Shown here one piece after another: positions 1 to 10,049 of a stretch of DNA of 64,000 bases. Source of the DNA: a virus; the IMG/VR virus record IMGVR_UViG_3300005264_000064, positions 38,938-102,937 of that record. One strand, written 5' to 3'. Made by a program: the position numbers and the translations under genes. Under the pieces are notes generated by a model. It had not been told where the DNA came from. It saw only the letters and a program-made list of their open reading frames with translations, and searched no databases. The stretch's first letter is position 1. The number at the start of each line of letters is the position of its first letter.

Positions 1-466
1 AACCTGCGTAGGCTGTTCTGAAGAACTCGTTGAGGTGTGCATCCTGGAATTTTTGCTGACTTTTCAACTCGTGACCTTTACCTTGTAGGCCACTACTGTA
101 GTTGTGTACCATAAATGACAGGTGGTCGGATATTATTATACGATGGGCGAACATCGGGATTATAGTACCCGCTGAGGCAACTGTGCCTGTTAGGTGTGCA
201 ATAACTATGCCCTGGGTGTTCTTCATTGCATCGCAAATAGCTAGAGCTGAGTCGATTACACCGCCAGGGGTGTTGATATGGAGAATTAGCTGTTCACCTT
301 TGTCGAGGGTGCTAATTGAAAATGCTAACTTGTTGTACATAAAGGGGTCTTCAATACTTCCATGCAGGTAGGCGTGATACACGTCCTTAGATTTGATTAT
401 GGGTACCTCATGGTCCCAGACTGACTTGTCGTCTACTTTTGGCTCGTGCGGGATTATTATTTCCAT
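1..466 (-). CDS. clpP: ClpP-like serine protease (3' end outside window)
   Basis: Manual translation from ATG 466: MEIIIPHEP...LHINTPGGVIDSALAI...GTVASAGTII...FMVHNYS, matching the ClpP INSPGG / ASAG / MxH motifs. Not in the ORF track because it runs off the edge. Confidence 0.8.
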   Translation of the reverse strand, partial: MEIIIPHEPKVDDKSVWDHEVPIIKSKDVYHAYLHGSIEDPFMYNKLAFSISTLDKGEQLILHINTPGGVIDSALAICDAMKNTQGIVIAHLTGTVASAGTIIPMFAHRIIISDHLSFMVHNYSSGLQGKGHELKSQQKFQDAHLNEFFRTAYAG

Positions 467-750
467 TAAGTTTCCTTTACTGTAATTTCTTTAGTTCGAT
501 TTACTATCACGTTTTCTACGAATGTGATCAGTATATTGTCTATTGTGTCGAACGGACTTGACTCATGTTGCACGTTTATTTGCTTTATGGCAAATGCCGC
601 TACTGCGCCTTTGGCAAGTTCACGTATTCGAGGTTTTATGTACGCAAGGATTTCCTCCTCAACTCTGTCAATGAGTTCGGACTGGATTGCCTGCTTAGCG
701 AATTCTGTTGCAACGCGGTCGTTATCGTGAGTTGGTACTGATGCCATCAT
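466..750 (-). CDS. hypothetical protein
   Basis: ORF 466..816; start moved to ATG 747/750 behind an AAGGAGG SD; TAATG overlap with clpP. Confidence 0.6.
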   Translation of the reverse strand: MMASVPTHDNDRVATEFAKQAIQSELIDRVEEEILAYIKPRIRELAKGAVAAFAIKQINVQHESSPFDTIDNILITFVENVIVNRTKEITVKET

Positions 751-1294
751 GTTCCTCCTTAGTGGCTGATTTCTTACTTTCGAAGTATTGAAGGAATGCT
801 GCATTCGTTGCTGCATGGTCTAGGTGTGAAAGTCCGGACTCTGGGTCGTGACTTTCTCCTGCTCTGTAAGCTTCAAGGTGGCGATATAGGGCATCGAGGT
901 AGCGTTCTTCTGCATTATCGACGAGTTGCCAGTTGTTGGGGCCATACTTGGAGGCACCAAAAGTAAGAACTTCTGCAATGCCTTTGATAGCAACTGGTGG
1001 GACTAAGGAGTACCGTAATTTACCAGTATCGTACTTACGACCCTTAGTGGGGGTGTTTTTGGTAGTCTGCAGTATACAACTTATACAGTAGTCTGAGCCT
1101 GATTCAGCAGACTTTTTTCCACATTTAGTGCACGTAGGTGTTTTGTCTTCGTATTCGAACGAGTACTCCTTGTCTTCGATGGATTGCCGTATTGCAGCTC
1201 TCAGGACTTCGTTAGGTAGTTTTTTACTCTCACTAGCTGATGTGTATTTGTCGCAAGTATTTTTTGCTTCATGAATGTGTGCTTCTAGGCTCAT
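722..1294 (-). CDS. dATP/dGTP diphosphohydrolase (DUF5664-like) domain protein
   Basis: GRKYDTGKLRYSLVP...LTFGASKYGPNNW...ALYRHL...DPESGLSHLDHA signature; N-terminal CxxC motifs. Confidence 0.8.
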   Translation of the reverse strand: MSLEAHIHEAKNTCDKYTSASESKKLPNEVLRAAIRQSIEDKEYSFEYEDKTPTCTKCGKKSAESGSDYCISCILQTTKNTPTKGRKYDTGKLRYSLVPPVAIKGIAEVLTFGASKYGPNNWQLVDNAEERYLDALYRHLEAYRAGESHDPESGLSHLDHAATNAAFLQYFESKKSATKEEHDGISTNSR

Positions 1295-1458
1295 GTCAGC
1301 AGCTTTATCAGAGTCTTACGGGTTGGGCCTTTCTTTGGGGAACGGATCATGGAAGGGTTTGCTTTACATAAAGCCTTCATGTTGTCGTAGCCACATAAGC
1401 GGATGATTTGTTTCTTGGATAAGAGCAGTAAGTCTGCTCTTGTATATTCTGTTGGCAT
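1291..1458 (-). CDS. small hypothetical protein (55 aa)
   Basis: MPTEYTRADLLLLSKKQIIRLCG..., AAGGAGG SD, ATGA overlap with the next gene. Confidence 0.55.
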   Translation of the reverse strand: MPTEYTRADLLLLSKKQIIRLCGYDNMKALCKANPSMIRSPKKGPTRKTLIKLLT

Positions 1459-1467
1459 TGCGCCTCC

Positions 1468-1944
1468 TTAGAATAACTTGAATTTTCCGAAGATTGTCCA
1501 TAGCTGGTAGCTGCGGAGATGTTCGAGAAAAGATGATGAGTCTTGGGTACTCTCTTTGGCTGATTGTAGAGCCTTAAGAGTAGACGCCTTTGTGTGAGGA
1601 ATGTCACACTTGGAGCAGTCACAATGTTTGACGTTGCCTGTTGTAAATACAGCGCTAAATCTGCTATTAATTGTGCATATAGATTCAGTGATGTATCCCT
1701 GGATGTCAGGTGCTGGGTTGTCTACTACTTTGAAGTGAGGACAAGCACACTGGAAACAGTTGAGGTCTTTCATATTGTGACAGCGTGTGTTCGACTTGTA
1801 GAGAGGACAGAAGTCTGGCTCATTCTTTCGCATGTTATCGTACATGAAGTACTGATAGACTGCCTCCGGGGATTTATCCCGGAGTGAGCCATAGATTGCT
1901 GCAACTTTCTTCGAGTGTTCAGCTGACCATTCTGAATATGTCAT
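1468..1944 (-). CDS. cysteine-rich small-domain (zinc-binding) protein
   Basis: EPDFCPLY...CH..DLNCFQCACP...CDCSKCDIPH; start at MTYSEW with an AAGGA SD. Confidence 0.65.
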   Translation of the reverse strand: MTYSEWSAEHSKKVAAIYGSLRDKSPEAVYQYFMYDNMRKNEPDFCPLYKSNTRCHNMKDLNCFQCACPHFKVVDNPAPDIQGYITESICTINSRFSAVFTTGNVKHCDCSKCDIPHTKASTLKALQSAKESTQDSSSFLEHLRSYQLWTIFGKFKLF

Positions 1945-1957
1945 GGACGAGGTTCCT

Positions 1958-4900
1958 TTAGAATTCGAGTTCACAATTGCCTCCGGAACAACCGGATGAT
2001 CCTAGAGTGTCCACATCAACGAATTTCTTTGCTGAGAGGTGTGTTGTCCAGTTAATCTCGGATGCTGTTGACGTTATTTTCCACCACTTGTGGAGGTTGT
2101 AAACGTCTTTGAGGCAGTTGGCGCATTGGTCTTCTGAGTCGAAGTTAAATGCGAATTTCTTGAAGCGACGTACGAAGTCTCTTTTTAGGAGATCTTTGTG
2201 GTCGTCTGTTAGAGTTTCACCATAACCTAAGCATGTACTGATTGCAGTCCACAAGTCATTGTTGAAGGCAGAAAGTCCTGCTTCAATGAGGGCTGATGTG
2301 AATAGTGCTGGTTGGCCATAGGTTTCAACGATTTGCTCGTGTGTGAATACCTCTGTGAACGGTGCTTGTGGGTACGCCCTATCTCCTGCTGCTGATAGGA
2401 GTGATACTCCGCAGAGTGAGCGACGGTTTTCGTAGATGTAGTCTGTAACAGCATCCCAGTCGTCTACTGTTATCGTGTTTGAGACGTTGTGTTTGAGGAA
2501 TGGTTTAACGCACAGGTCGTGGTTTGTTCCATGCTCGATCCAGTAGTCTTGTGCTAATTTAACGTATTCTAGCTGCTTTACACCTAGTAAGTCTGACTTG
2601 TAAATTGAGCCTTCGATAGGTTCGATTGGAAACCCTATGGTGTAGTCTAACGAAGACCATACTGATGTCTCTACCATAGAGGGGTTTGTTGCTGCGAATA
2701 GCTGTCCTACTTCTGTCTCCTTGTTCATTTGAACGTGACGGATGTACCGTGGCGAGTGTTCGCCATGAATGCCTGATGCAGTGCCTAGAAGGACACTAGC
2801 GTTGCCGCTGGGCTTCACGCAAGTTACTCTTGCTGCTTGGTTGATACCTATTAATGCTGCTACTGTTTTATTCCAATACTTAACCTCATTTGCACCATCA
2901 ATCATGTTCTTTTTGTCGAATAGAACCTCTGGGTTGTTCATCCATCCAGTAACCCCGACACCTATTAGGGCTTCACGGTCGACGATTTCCTTAGTAGCTT
3001 TTGAGACATACGAGAAGTCCGTATAACCCGCCTGTAGTGTACCGATAATGGCACCTGCCTTACATTGAGCTAAGAATTTTTCTCTAGTCGTACTTAAGCT
3101 ACCATTCAGTTCTGAAAGGTTGCACATCTGGAATCCTGACCTGCCATCCGGGGTGTACCCTTGCATACCAATTTCGACGCAAGGGTTGAAGAGAATGTCT
3201 AGGTCGTCTGTCCAAACAAAGCCAGGTTCACCAGAATGTTTAACTGACTCCATAATAGATGTGAATTGTTCCTTAGTAGTATCAGAGCGGAGTAGTACTG
3301 CTGAATTATTACTACGTCCTCTTTGTGAGGCTTTTTCCCACCAGTCTCCTGTCTTACATGTAATCATATCTTGGTCGTCGGCGGAGAACATGCAGATAGT
3401 GGCTGCTCTTCGTACTCCTCCTGAGATTACCGCATCTGCTATGTGCATGACACAGTCATAGGCTGCTAGTGTTGTTAGGCGAGTTTGACCGTTGCTTAAG
3501 AGTGACTTGATTAAATTCTCAATTTTGTCTAGTGCTTTACGTAGTGGTTCTGGGCCAGGTGCCTTGAAGCCTCCTGAGATCTCAGCGCCTTTTGGGCGAA
3601 TTTGTGATAGGTCAAAGTAGACGGGGTGTCCGCTGTTAGGTTGATCGACGAAGAAGGAATTCATCAGGGCTTGAACTGCGTCAGCCCACCCTTCAATTGA
3701 GTCGTCTACTATGTGGTTGATAGGTGTACCTGAACGTTTAGCTATAGCTGGGAGTTTGGCAATGTGTTGCTTTTGCACTGAGAAGCCGACACCGCAGCCG
3801 CATAACATCAGCCAGAAGCACTCGCCGAAGAAGTCTGGGCGATCAAGGTAGGATGCTGTGCAGTTACCTGTCACTATCCCGCCTTCTAGAAGGAAAGAAT
3901 GGTCGTCTTCTACTTCAAGGCACCAAACTTCTTCAGTCCCTAGGGGACTGATATCAGTAACTTTAGTTACTGCTGAGGTCTTTCCTCCTGGATGGTCTTT
4001 TATAGTGAACTTAATAGTGTACGGGCGTATGCCATAGTTAGTGACTTGATTTGTCAATTCTGTCTCACTAGTTATAGTAATACCAGCTATCGGAAAGCAC
4101 TTTCTGATGAAATTGATGTGTTCTAAATCAGAGGCTTGTATAGAGGTATAGCGTTTGCCAGACTTGTTTTTAGCCTTCTCACCATCTGCTTGTAAGTAAC
4201 CTGCAACAAATGCACGGATTAGACGTGGTTCGTCTACTGAAGGGTCTGGGGAAGTTTTCTTATATGTCCCGGTGTAGGCATAAAAATCCCCAGCAAGAGA
4301 CTCAGTAGTGGATGTTTTGAAGCCTAGGCGACTGAAACGCTCAGCGAATTGCTTATCATGACCACATAAGCGGATGTGAGAGTGCTTGCCGTTTATGGCT
4401 CCGTCCCCGTAGACTAAACCGTATAGCCAGTACTTTTGTTCGTCTGTTGGCGCTGTGTCGAAGTTAAAATCTCCGAAATAGTCAAACGGCTTTAGTAGTT
4501 TGTCTCCTACGGCTAATGCTGTAGTGTCTGTGCCATCAGCGAGTAACCATCTGTGGTCTTTCGTGACTTGTTTAGTGTAAATGTTTGTCCCACGCTGAAT
4601 AGTTATTGAATACAACTGCTGAGTGCCGTAGTTCTTGACTACTGCTTTTTTCCAAGCACCAGTATGTGTAAGTACTCGAATGTTGGCTCCATCTACAAAG
4701 TTGTTGAAAGATCTGAGGCCTTCTGAGGTTACAAAAGTTGTATTAGCTGAGAAGCAGTTATACATCTTTGCGTTCTTGCTTAAGAGTTGCTCCCCTCCGA
4801 ATTGAAGAGCTCTTTGAGCACCTAGTATTTCCTTGTTAGTGTATGCGTCTTGAGCATACTGGATTAAAGACTCAAGTTCCGGTGTCATTACTGACTTGTA

Positions 4901-5032
4901 GCGGGTGCGATGCATCTGCATTACACGAGCGACAGCCTCAGGCCACGTTTCATAGCGGCTGAGGTTATTGTCGTATCTAGCATATGACTCATAGAACTTG
5001 GCGTCTGCCATGAGCTGTGCTGTCTTAGTCAT
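1958..5032 (-). CDS. nrdJ: class II (B12-dependent) ribonucleotide reductase, intein-containing
   Basis: GCGVGFSV, SGGVRRAA, GEPG, NPCVEI, CNLSELN, TCVKPSGNAS and C-terminal CSGGNC motifs. Confidence 0.92.
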   Translation of the reverse strand: MTKTAQLMADAKFYESYARYDNNLSRYETWPEAVARVMQMHRTRYKSVMTPELESLIQYAQDAYTNKEILGAQRALQFGGEQLLSKNAKMYNCFSANTTFVTSEGLRSFNNFVDGANIRVLTHTGAWKKAVVKNYGTQQLYSITIQRGTNIYTKQVTKDHRWLLADGTDTTALAVGDKLLKPFDYFGDFNFDTAPTDEQKYWLYGLVYGDGAINGKHSHIRLCGHDKQFAERFSRLGFKTSTTESLAGDFYAYTGTYKKTSPDPSVDEPRLIRAFVAGYLQADGEKAKNKSGKRYTSIQASDLEHINFIRKCFPIAGITITSETELTNQVTNYGIRPYTIKFTIKDHPGGKTSAVTKVTDISPLGTEEVWCLEVEDDHSFLLEGGIVTGNCTASYLDRPDFFGECFWLMLCGCGVGFSVQKQHIAKLPAIAKRSGTPINHIVDDSIEGWADAVQALMNSFFVDQPNSGHPVYFDLSQIRPKGAEISGGFKAPGPEPLRKALDKIENLIKSLLSNGQTRLTTLAAYDCVMHIADAVISGGVRRAATICMFSADDQDMITCKTGDWWEKASQRGRSNNSAVLLRSDTTKEQFTSIMESVKHSGEPGFVWTDDLDILFNPCVEIGMQGYTPDGRSGFQMCNLSELNGSLSTTREKFLAQCKAGAIIGTLQAGYTDFSYVSKATKEIVDREALIGVGVTGWMNNPEVLFDKKNMIDGANEVKYWNKTVAALIGINQAARVTCVKPSGNASVLLGTASGIHGEHSPRYIRHVQMNKETEVGQLFAATNPSMVETSVWSSLDYTIGFPIEPIEGSIYKSDLLGVKQLEYVKLAQDYWIEHGTNHDLCVKPFLKHNVSNTITVDDWDAVTDYIYENRRSLCGVSLLSAAGDRAYPQAPFTEVFTHEQIVETYGQPALFTSALIEAGLSAFNNDLWTAISTCLGYGETLTDDHKDLLKRDFVRRFKKFAFNFDSEDQCANCLKDVYNLHKWWKITSTASEINWTTHLSAKKFVDVDTLGSSGCSGGNCELEF
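3863..4756 (-). mobile_element. intein (298 aa) with LAGLIDADG homing endonuclease in nrdJ
   Basis: Starts YN|CFSANT, ends HSFLLEGGIVTGN|C; internal WLYGLVYGDG and FVAGYLQADG motifs. Confidence 0.9.
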
Positions 5033-5034
5033 AG

Positions 5035-5274
5035 CTAAGCTACTTGTAGCTTAAAGGCTTCAAATGGACGGAATTTAGGCACTACTTTGCCGTTTGCTAG
5101 CTTGAACGGTTCGAACTTGCCGAAGCCGGCGATGCTGACAGTGTTACCTTCACTTACTTCTGTAGTGATGATGCCGAAGAAATCCTCTACGAATCTCCTA
5201 GACTGTACTTTTGTTTCGAAGTTATCGAATTCGTACACGCGCTCGATTAAAGCGTCTTTGTTAAATGTTGCCAT
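5035..5274 (-). CDS. HU/IHF family DNA-binding protein
   Basis: FNKDALIE...VSIAGFGKF...VPKFRP; the DNA-binding arm is shortened. Confidence 0.85.
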   Translation of the reverse strand: MATFNKDALIERVYEFDNFETKVQSRRFVEDFFGIITTEVSEGNTVSIAGFGKFEPFKLANGKVVPKFRPFEAFKLQVA

Positions 5275-5285
5275 GTGTGGTTCCT

Positions 5286-5579
5286 TTACAATTTTATTAG
5301 TGTTCTGCTGATGCAGACACCATTGTCGTCAAACGTCTCTGATAGTTTGACACCTGGTACGAATGTAACGGCCTCTGCTACGTTGCCGTACTGTTGTGTA
5401 GTAACTTGAGCTACGCAGCCTATTGGTGTTTCCATTACCTTAGTGGACTTCATCCATTCTTCTGCAACGCTCGATGCTTTGCTTAAGAGCTTGAATTTGT
5501 CACCGTCGCCCCAGAATACTATATCTTTGACGTTCTTTGTAGCTCCGTTTGAGTCGGTGTTACTGAGTGTTTTTGTCAT
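5286..5579 (-). CDS. conserved phage hypothetical protein
   Basis: ORF with AAGGAG SD; WMKSTK...QVTTQQ...FVPG. Confidence 0.6.
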   Translation of the reverse strand: MTKTLSNTDSNGATKNVKDIVFWGDGDKFKLLSKASSVAEEWMKSTKVMETPIGCVAQVTTQQYGNVAEAVTFVPGVKLSETFDDNGVCISRTLIKL

Positions 5580-5626
5580 GTGGCTCCTTTATGTGATGTT
5601 GAAGGGTGTTTAGTGGCACACCCTCC

Positions 5627-7480
5627 TTAGCCATGGAATGAGTCGAGGACTGACTGGATGTCGGAAGTCGATGCGTTGTGCGGGATTTGTCTCATGTCGG
5701 CCCAGTCGTATCCGATTTCAGCCGTTGCTTCGTTACGGATGGTCTGGTTGTCCATGAAGTCCCTTGTTAGAACGGGTACAAGCCAGTTGTTGAGGGCCTG
5801 GATGATGACGGGATCGTCGTCTACAACATAGTAGATGGAGTCATAGATGGTGGAAATGCACTCGATTGAGTCTTGGAGTCCTGAGGCATCTATGAGTTGG
5901 TGTACTTTGTTGATTGCCAGTAATGTGAGGAGAGACCAAAACTGGCAGGTGGCGTTATTGAGAGTACGTATGTCCTTACGAGGCGAGTCGGTGCTAATGT
6001 AGCAGCCGAGGCCTAGGTGGATTTTGCCGTTGTCCTTTGCTGTAGGGAGGACGTACTTCTCTCGGTATTCGGTGATACCGGGATACAAGACTTCGTGGTA
6101 ACGGTTGAATATGGCTTCAGCCGCGGGTAAAGAGATCTTGAGGGACGAGGCTACCTTTGGCGGGTATGAGCCATAACTTAAGCCAAACGTGGCAGGCTTT
6201 CCTTTTTGTCGGATTGCCTTGAGGGGTTTGTGGCCGTCTTCTACAAGGCGGTAGAACTCGGTGACGTCGATTCTAGTGTCGTCGGTGAGGGTCATGTGCT
6301 CTGCTATTTCTTCCTTGAAGTACCCGTAGGCATTTAGGCAATGGCCGTCGAGGCCGTCGAGGAATATTGAACACTTGTTGGTGTCTCGTGAAAGGGAGGC
6401 GATAACACGGTCTTCTAACGCACCGTAATCGATTGCCAGTATCACTTTGCCTGGAGGGGCGATGAGGCATTGCTTGACAGGTTTTGCGTAAATTGATCTT
6501 GTTGAAGGGAGATTCAACATGTTAGGATTGGAACTTGTTAATCTAAATGATTTCGCTCCGAAGAGCTTTATGTTTCCGTGTAGTCTTCCATCGTGGGTGT
6601 ACTCGTAAAACCCGGCGATGAAATTTTGTTTGACTATGGCTGAGAATGAGAAATCAATAAATGCCTGAGTAAAGTCCTTGATGTCTTCGTTGTCGGTTTC
6701 TCTGTTGACGCGTTCTACTTCGTCGCGGTCCCACGATGGTAGACCTGTATCCTTTGATTTCTTGTCGGATTCCAGGCCGAGCCAGGCGAAGAGCTTACCT
6801 TTTTGTAGGGATGAAGCAGGGTTAAACGGTGGAAGTGGTATTGTATCGACGTTGCTAATTAGATCGTGGTATGCTCTGTTGTAAATTGTTGCCTTGTCGA
6901 TTGCTAGTTGCTTCATTGCTGCTTTCGCGTATTTGTTGGATGGTGCTATTTTCTTGGATAGTAGGAGGCGAATAGCTGGGTGTTGTGACTCGTAACGCTT
7001 GCAGAGGCGTGCTGGCCATTTGGGTACACCCGTTGGTAGAGTGTCTGTTGGTGGTACAGGTTTATTGGGCATGTCCTCAATTACTTGCTGCATAAAGTAG
7101 GAACGATGCTCCATCTTGGAAGGGTCGAATTCTTTTAAATAGTGTTTGGGTGTTCGCATCTTGGAACGCTTTTCGGCTATGAATTCGGCCTTGAGTGTAG
7201 TGTGCTGCAATGTCTGGAATTGCCGGATTAACGGGTTCTTGGCTAGTCTGCGAGTAACATCTGCTAAGACGTTGTCGAGGACTTGCTCTAGGGCTTCGAC
7301 TTTAGTGAGGTCGATGGGAATGCCGTTGTGCATGATACGGACGGTGTCTTTGATTAAGTGCTTACTGACTTGATGATAGAATTGTCCCTCAGGCGGACTG
7401 ACTGTTCTAGGTTCAGGAGCAGGTAGTAAGTCGTGGGGGCTGTACCCAGGATCTGAAGTTGATGGTATTGTGTATGTCAT
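5627..7480 (-). CDS. family A DNA polymerase, polymerase domain
   Basis: RLTSSNPNMLNLP; motif A IDYGALEDRVIA; motif B RQKGKPATFGLSYG; motif C TIYDS. Confidence 0.9.
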   Translation of the reverse strand: MTYTIPSTSDPGYSPHDLLPAPEPRTVSPPEGQFYHQVSKHLIKDTVRIMHNGIPIDLTKVEALEQVLDNVLADVTRRLAKNPLIRQFQTLQHTTLKAEFIAEKRSKMRTPKHYLKEFDPSKMEHRSYFMQQVIEDMPNKPVPPTDTLPTGVPKWPARLCKRYESQHPAIRLLLSKKIAPSNKYAKAAMKQLAIDKATIYNRAYHDLISNVDTIPLPPFNPASSLQKGKLFAWLGLESDKKSKDTGLPSWDRDEVERVNRETDNEDIKDFTQAFIDFSFSAIVKQNFIAGFYEYTHDGRLHGNIKLFGAKSFRLTSSNPNMLNLPSTRSIYAKPVKQCLIAPPGKVILAIDYGALEDRVIASLSRDTNKCSIFLDGLDGHCLNAYGYFKEEIAEHMTLTDDTRIDVTEFYRLVEDGHKPLKAIRQKGKPATFGLSYGSYPPKVASSLKISLPAAEAIFNRYHEVLYPGITEYREKYVLPTAKDNGKIHLGLGCYISTDSPRKDIRTLNNATCQFWSLLTLLAINKVHQLIDASGLQDSIECISTIYDSIYYVVDDDPVIIQALNNWLVPVLTRDFMDNQTIRNEATAEIGYDWADMRQIPHNASTSDIQSVLDSFHG

Positions 7481-7489
7481 TAGTCTCCT

Positions 7490-8161
7490 TTACGTATTAC
7501 TTTTATTGACTTCTTTTAAGTAAGCCTGCTGGGCTTGCCAAAGAGCGTAAGTAGCCGCAGCGTCTATCCCTGCATATTTAATCAGCTTTTCATCGAAGAG
7601 GTTGTCTTCTACAAATTTGTCGGCAGAGACAGCCCAGGCTCCATACTTGTGGCCCATTAGGAGCTTAAGTTGTGTATTAGCTTGCCAACTGTTAACGTGA
7701 TTGAGGATGGACTTTGCTAGCTGTTGTGTGTCTTCGTAGTTCTTAGGGAACTTGCCTGTTTGATAGTAAATATGTTTAAAGTCGAATGAAGCGTTGTGCC
7801 ATATTTGTAGAATATCTGTCGTCGTTAGCCAGTGAAGTACTCGACGGGTGACTAGCGGTTTGTCTAAGATAACGATACGTGCTGACGTATCACTGTCAGT
7901 AAATGAGACGTGTGTCAGACGGGATAGTGATGGATGTGACAGACCCGTGGAGTTAATACGTTGTCGGAGTACTCTTTTGCGTAGTTTGTCACTAGAGATT
8001 TCTAGCTCTTGTGCGTATCTAGTTTTGTCTTCAGCAGAGTACTTTGAGGCTGTTTCAAAGTCGAAGGCCGCAACAGGTCCCAAGTTATTGAGCCAACGGA
8101 TAGCAGTAAATGGGTCGTTAGTGTACTCATAATCGACTTTCGTGTTTAGGGTTTTGACCAT
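7490..8161 (-). CDS. 3'-5' exonuclease (separate proofreading subunit of the PolA)
   Basis: ExoI AFDFET, ExoII WHNASFD, ExoIII YAGIDA. Confidence 0.85.
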   Translation of the reverse strand: MVKTLNTKVDYEYTNDPFTAIRWLNNLGPVAAFDFETASKYSAEDKTRYAQELEISSDKLRKRVLRQRINSTGLSHPSLSRLTHVSFTDSDTSARIVILDKPLVTRRVLHWLTTTDILQIWHNASFDFKHIYYQTGKFPKNYEDTQQLAKSILNHVNSWQANTQLKLLMGHKYGAWAVSADKFVEDNLFDEKLIKYAGIDAAATYALWQAQQAYLKEVNKSNT

Positions 8162-8170
8162 GGGTACTCC

Positions 8171-9595
8171 TTATAGGTGTTCAGCGTTGTAGAGACGGTG
8201 GCGTGCTCTAGAGCAGGCGACATAGTATAAGTAGATCTCAGACTTCATTTCCTGTGGAAGAGCCTGTGGGCAAAAGTTGTCTGGCAATTGGTCAAAGATT
8301 TTGCTGAGGGCGTGGTTCATATCATCTGCTAGAGAAACGAAATCTGCCTCTAGACCTTTGAAGGAGTGGGCAGTACCCACAAGGTAATTTGTCTTTGTCT
8401 TTTCGTGTGACTTAGCCTCGTTGTAGCAACTTGTTATATCTTCTGCTCCGTAGCGTTGAATTAAAGCTATTGCATTCTGTAGTGAGATGTCGTCCTCGTG
8501 CAAGTGCTTTAGGTACATTAGAGGTGTACGAAATTGGGCTTTCAGTTCATCGTCTAGAAAGTACTCATCTACGTCTTGTTGTAGATGTTTGAAAGATGGG
8601 TCACCTATGAAGCCCTTGAACGTGAGTTTCATTATTGAGAGTATCGGTTTAAAGATTGTATCGGCTGCTCGGACTAAGGTGTACGGCGTGCGGTGCCTGT
8701 TTAGTACCATTAGTTGACTGATTAGACCAGCGTTGGTACGTGAGATAAAAGCAGTTGTTGGTGTCTTTGGTGTAGGACTGTCGACTCCTAGAAACTGCAT
8801 GGTGGGATCGATGTTTGCGTTTGCGAATGCCTGTATTGACGCGGCTATTTGCTTTGAGACACGGAATGACTGTGTCATAGTAAACAAGGTGCCTTGGTTT
8901 TTCATTACATCGAAGCAGTTGATAGTGTGATTGAAGGCGAAGATATTTTGCATTGCGTCGCCAACTAGGATCTTTTTCTTTGCTGGTAGTAGCTTGAAAA
9001 TTTCTAGTGTGACTTCGTTTAAGTCTCCTGCTTCGTCTAACATAAGGAGGTCAAGCTCGTCATATTCTAAGTCTCCCGACGCTAGTAACAGGTGGAAGTA
9101 CTTGAGGTAGAAGTCATGGGAAGCTTCGATGTCGCCTTCCATCATTAAGTTGAGGTGACGAACGCAGTGGTCTGCTATTACTCGTGGTATTTCATACTCT
9201 TCAGCGAATTGCTCGAAGGATGTGAACCTAGAGAGGCAGAATTGCTTTATGTACTCTAGGATAGCTACTTTTTGATCGTAACGTTTTACTTTTTGTATAG
9301 AGCGGTAGTTGAACATACCTAGCTTTATGTTGCGGTCTACGACTGTCGGGCGGTATGCTAATGAGTGCGTAGTACAGCAAGTAACTGAAGAGGGGAATTT
9401 TGTCTTGGCCTCCGTCGCGACTGCTTTTGTGTATGCTAGGTAGAGAGCGCTACTAGGGTTTAATTGCTTAGAGATTTCGACAAGGAGTGAGGTCTTACCG
9501 GAACCGGCTACTGAGCTGACTAATGTGAGGGCATTGTCGGCTGTGTCTGATTTAATATGGTCTATAATTGCTTGCTGCTCAGGTGTACAGTTCAT
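8171..9595 (-). CDS. UvrD/Rep-like SF1 helicase
   Basis: AGSGKT, LDEAGD, VGDAMQNIFAF, TQSFR, TAHSFKGLE, YVACSRA. Confidence 0.9.
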   Translation of the reverse strand: MNCTPEQQAIIDHIKSDTADNALTLVSSVAGSGKTSLLVEISKQLNPSSALYLAYTKAVATEAKTKFPSSVTCCTTHSLAYRPTVVDRNIKLGMFNYRSIQKVKRYDQKVAILEYIKQFCLSRFTSFEQFAEEYEIPRVIADHCVRHLNLMMEGDIEASHDFYLKYFHLLLASGDLEYDELDLLMLDEAGDLNEVTLEIFKLLPAKKKILVGDAMQNIFAFNHTINCFDVMKNQGTLFTMTQSFRVSKQIAASIQAFANANIDPTMQFLGVDSPTPKTPTTAFISRTNAGLISQLMVLNRHRTPYTLVRAADTIFKPILSIMKLTFKGFIGDPSFKHLQQDVDEYFLDDELKAQFRTPLMYLKHLHEDDISLQNAIALIQRYGAEDITSCYNEAKSHEKTKTNYLVGTAHSFKGLEADFVSLADDMNHALSKIFDQLPDNFCPQALPQEMKSEIYLYYVACSRARHRLYNAEHL

Positions 9596-9747
9596 TTATT
9601 ATTTTGTCCTTTATTTTAATTTTTATTAGTGTTTATTAGTCAATGCCTACATTACTGTAGAGGGTGTACCCATTAATCTATGGAAAATGCTGGCTCTTGA
9701 ACTATTAGAGTAGTCGTGGCTGTTTACAATGAAGTAGACTTGTGACA

Positions 9748-9999
9748 TTAAGGTATCCTTACGTAATGGGTACCCTCTTTGACGAAGGTTAGGGAATTGA
9801 GTATTAAAGTTTGCTGTTCTGTGAGCGGTTGCCAGTAAAAACGTGATAGGTGGGTATACCTACGTTCTTGTGCTTGTCCACACTCGGGACAATAGCGATG
9901 GGAAATAATGTCTGTGTGCATAGGCTGCCCTAGGTATGTCGACTGAGTAGCTTTGTGAACATTAACCCAATTATGTAAATGTATCCCGAAGATTTTCAT
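9748..9999 (-). CDS. hypothetical protein
   Basis: ORF with AAGGA SD; CxxC. Confidence 0.5.
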   Translation of the reverse strand: MKIFGIHLHNWVNVHKATQSTYLGQPMHTDIISHRYCPECGQAQERRYTHLSRFYWQPLTEQQTLILNSLTFVKEGTHYVRIP

Positions 10000-10022
10000 A
10001 GCGGTCCTTTGTAGATATTAGA

Positions 10023-10042
10023 GAGCCCTCCGAAGAGGACTC
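10023..10042 (-). terminator. hairpin with cUUCGg loop (terminator or stabiliser)
   Basis: Minus strand GAGTCCTC-TTCG-GAGGGCTC just after the stop of 10050..11189; weak U-tract. Confidence 0.5.
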
Positions 10043-10049
10043 GAAATAG

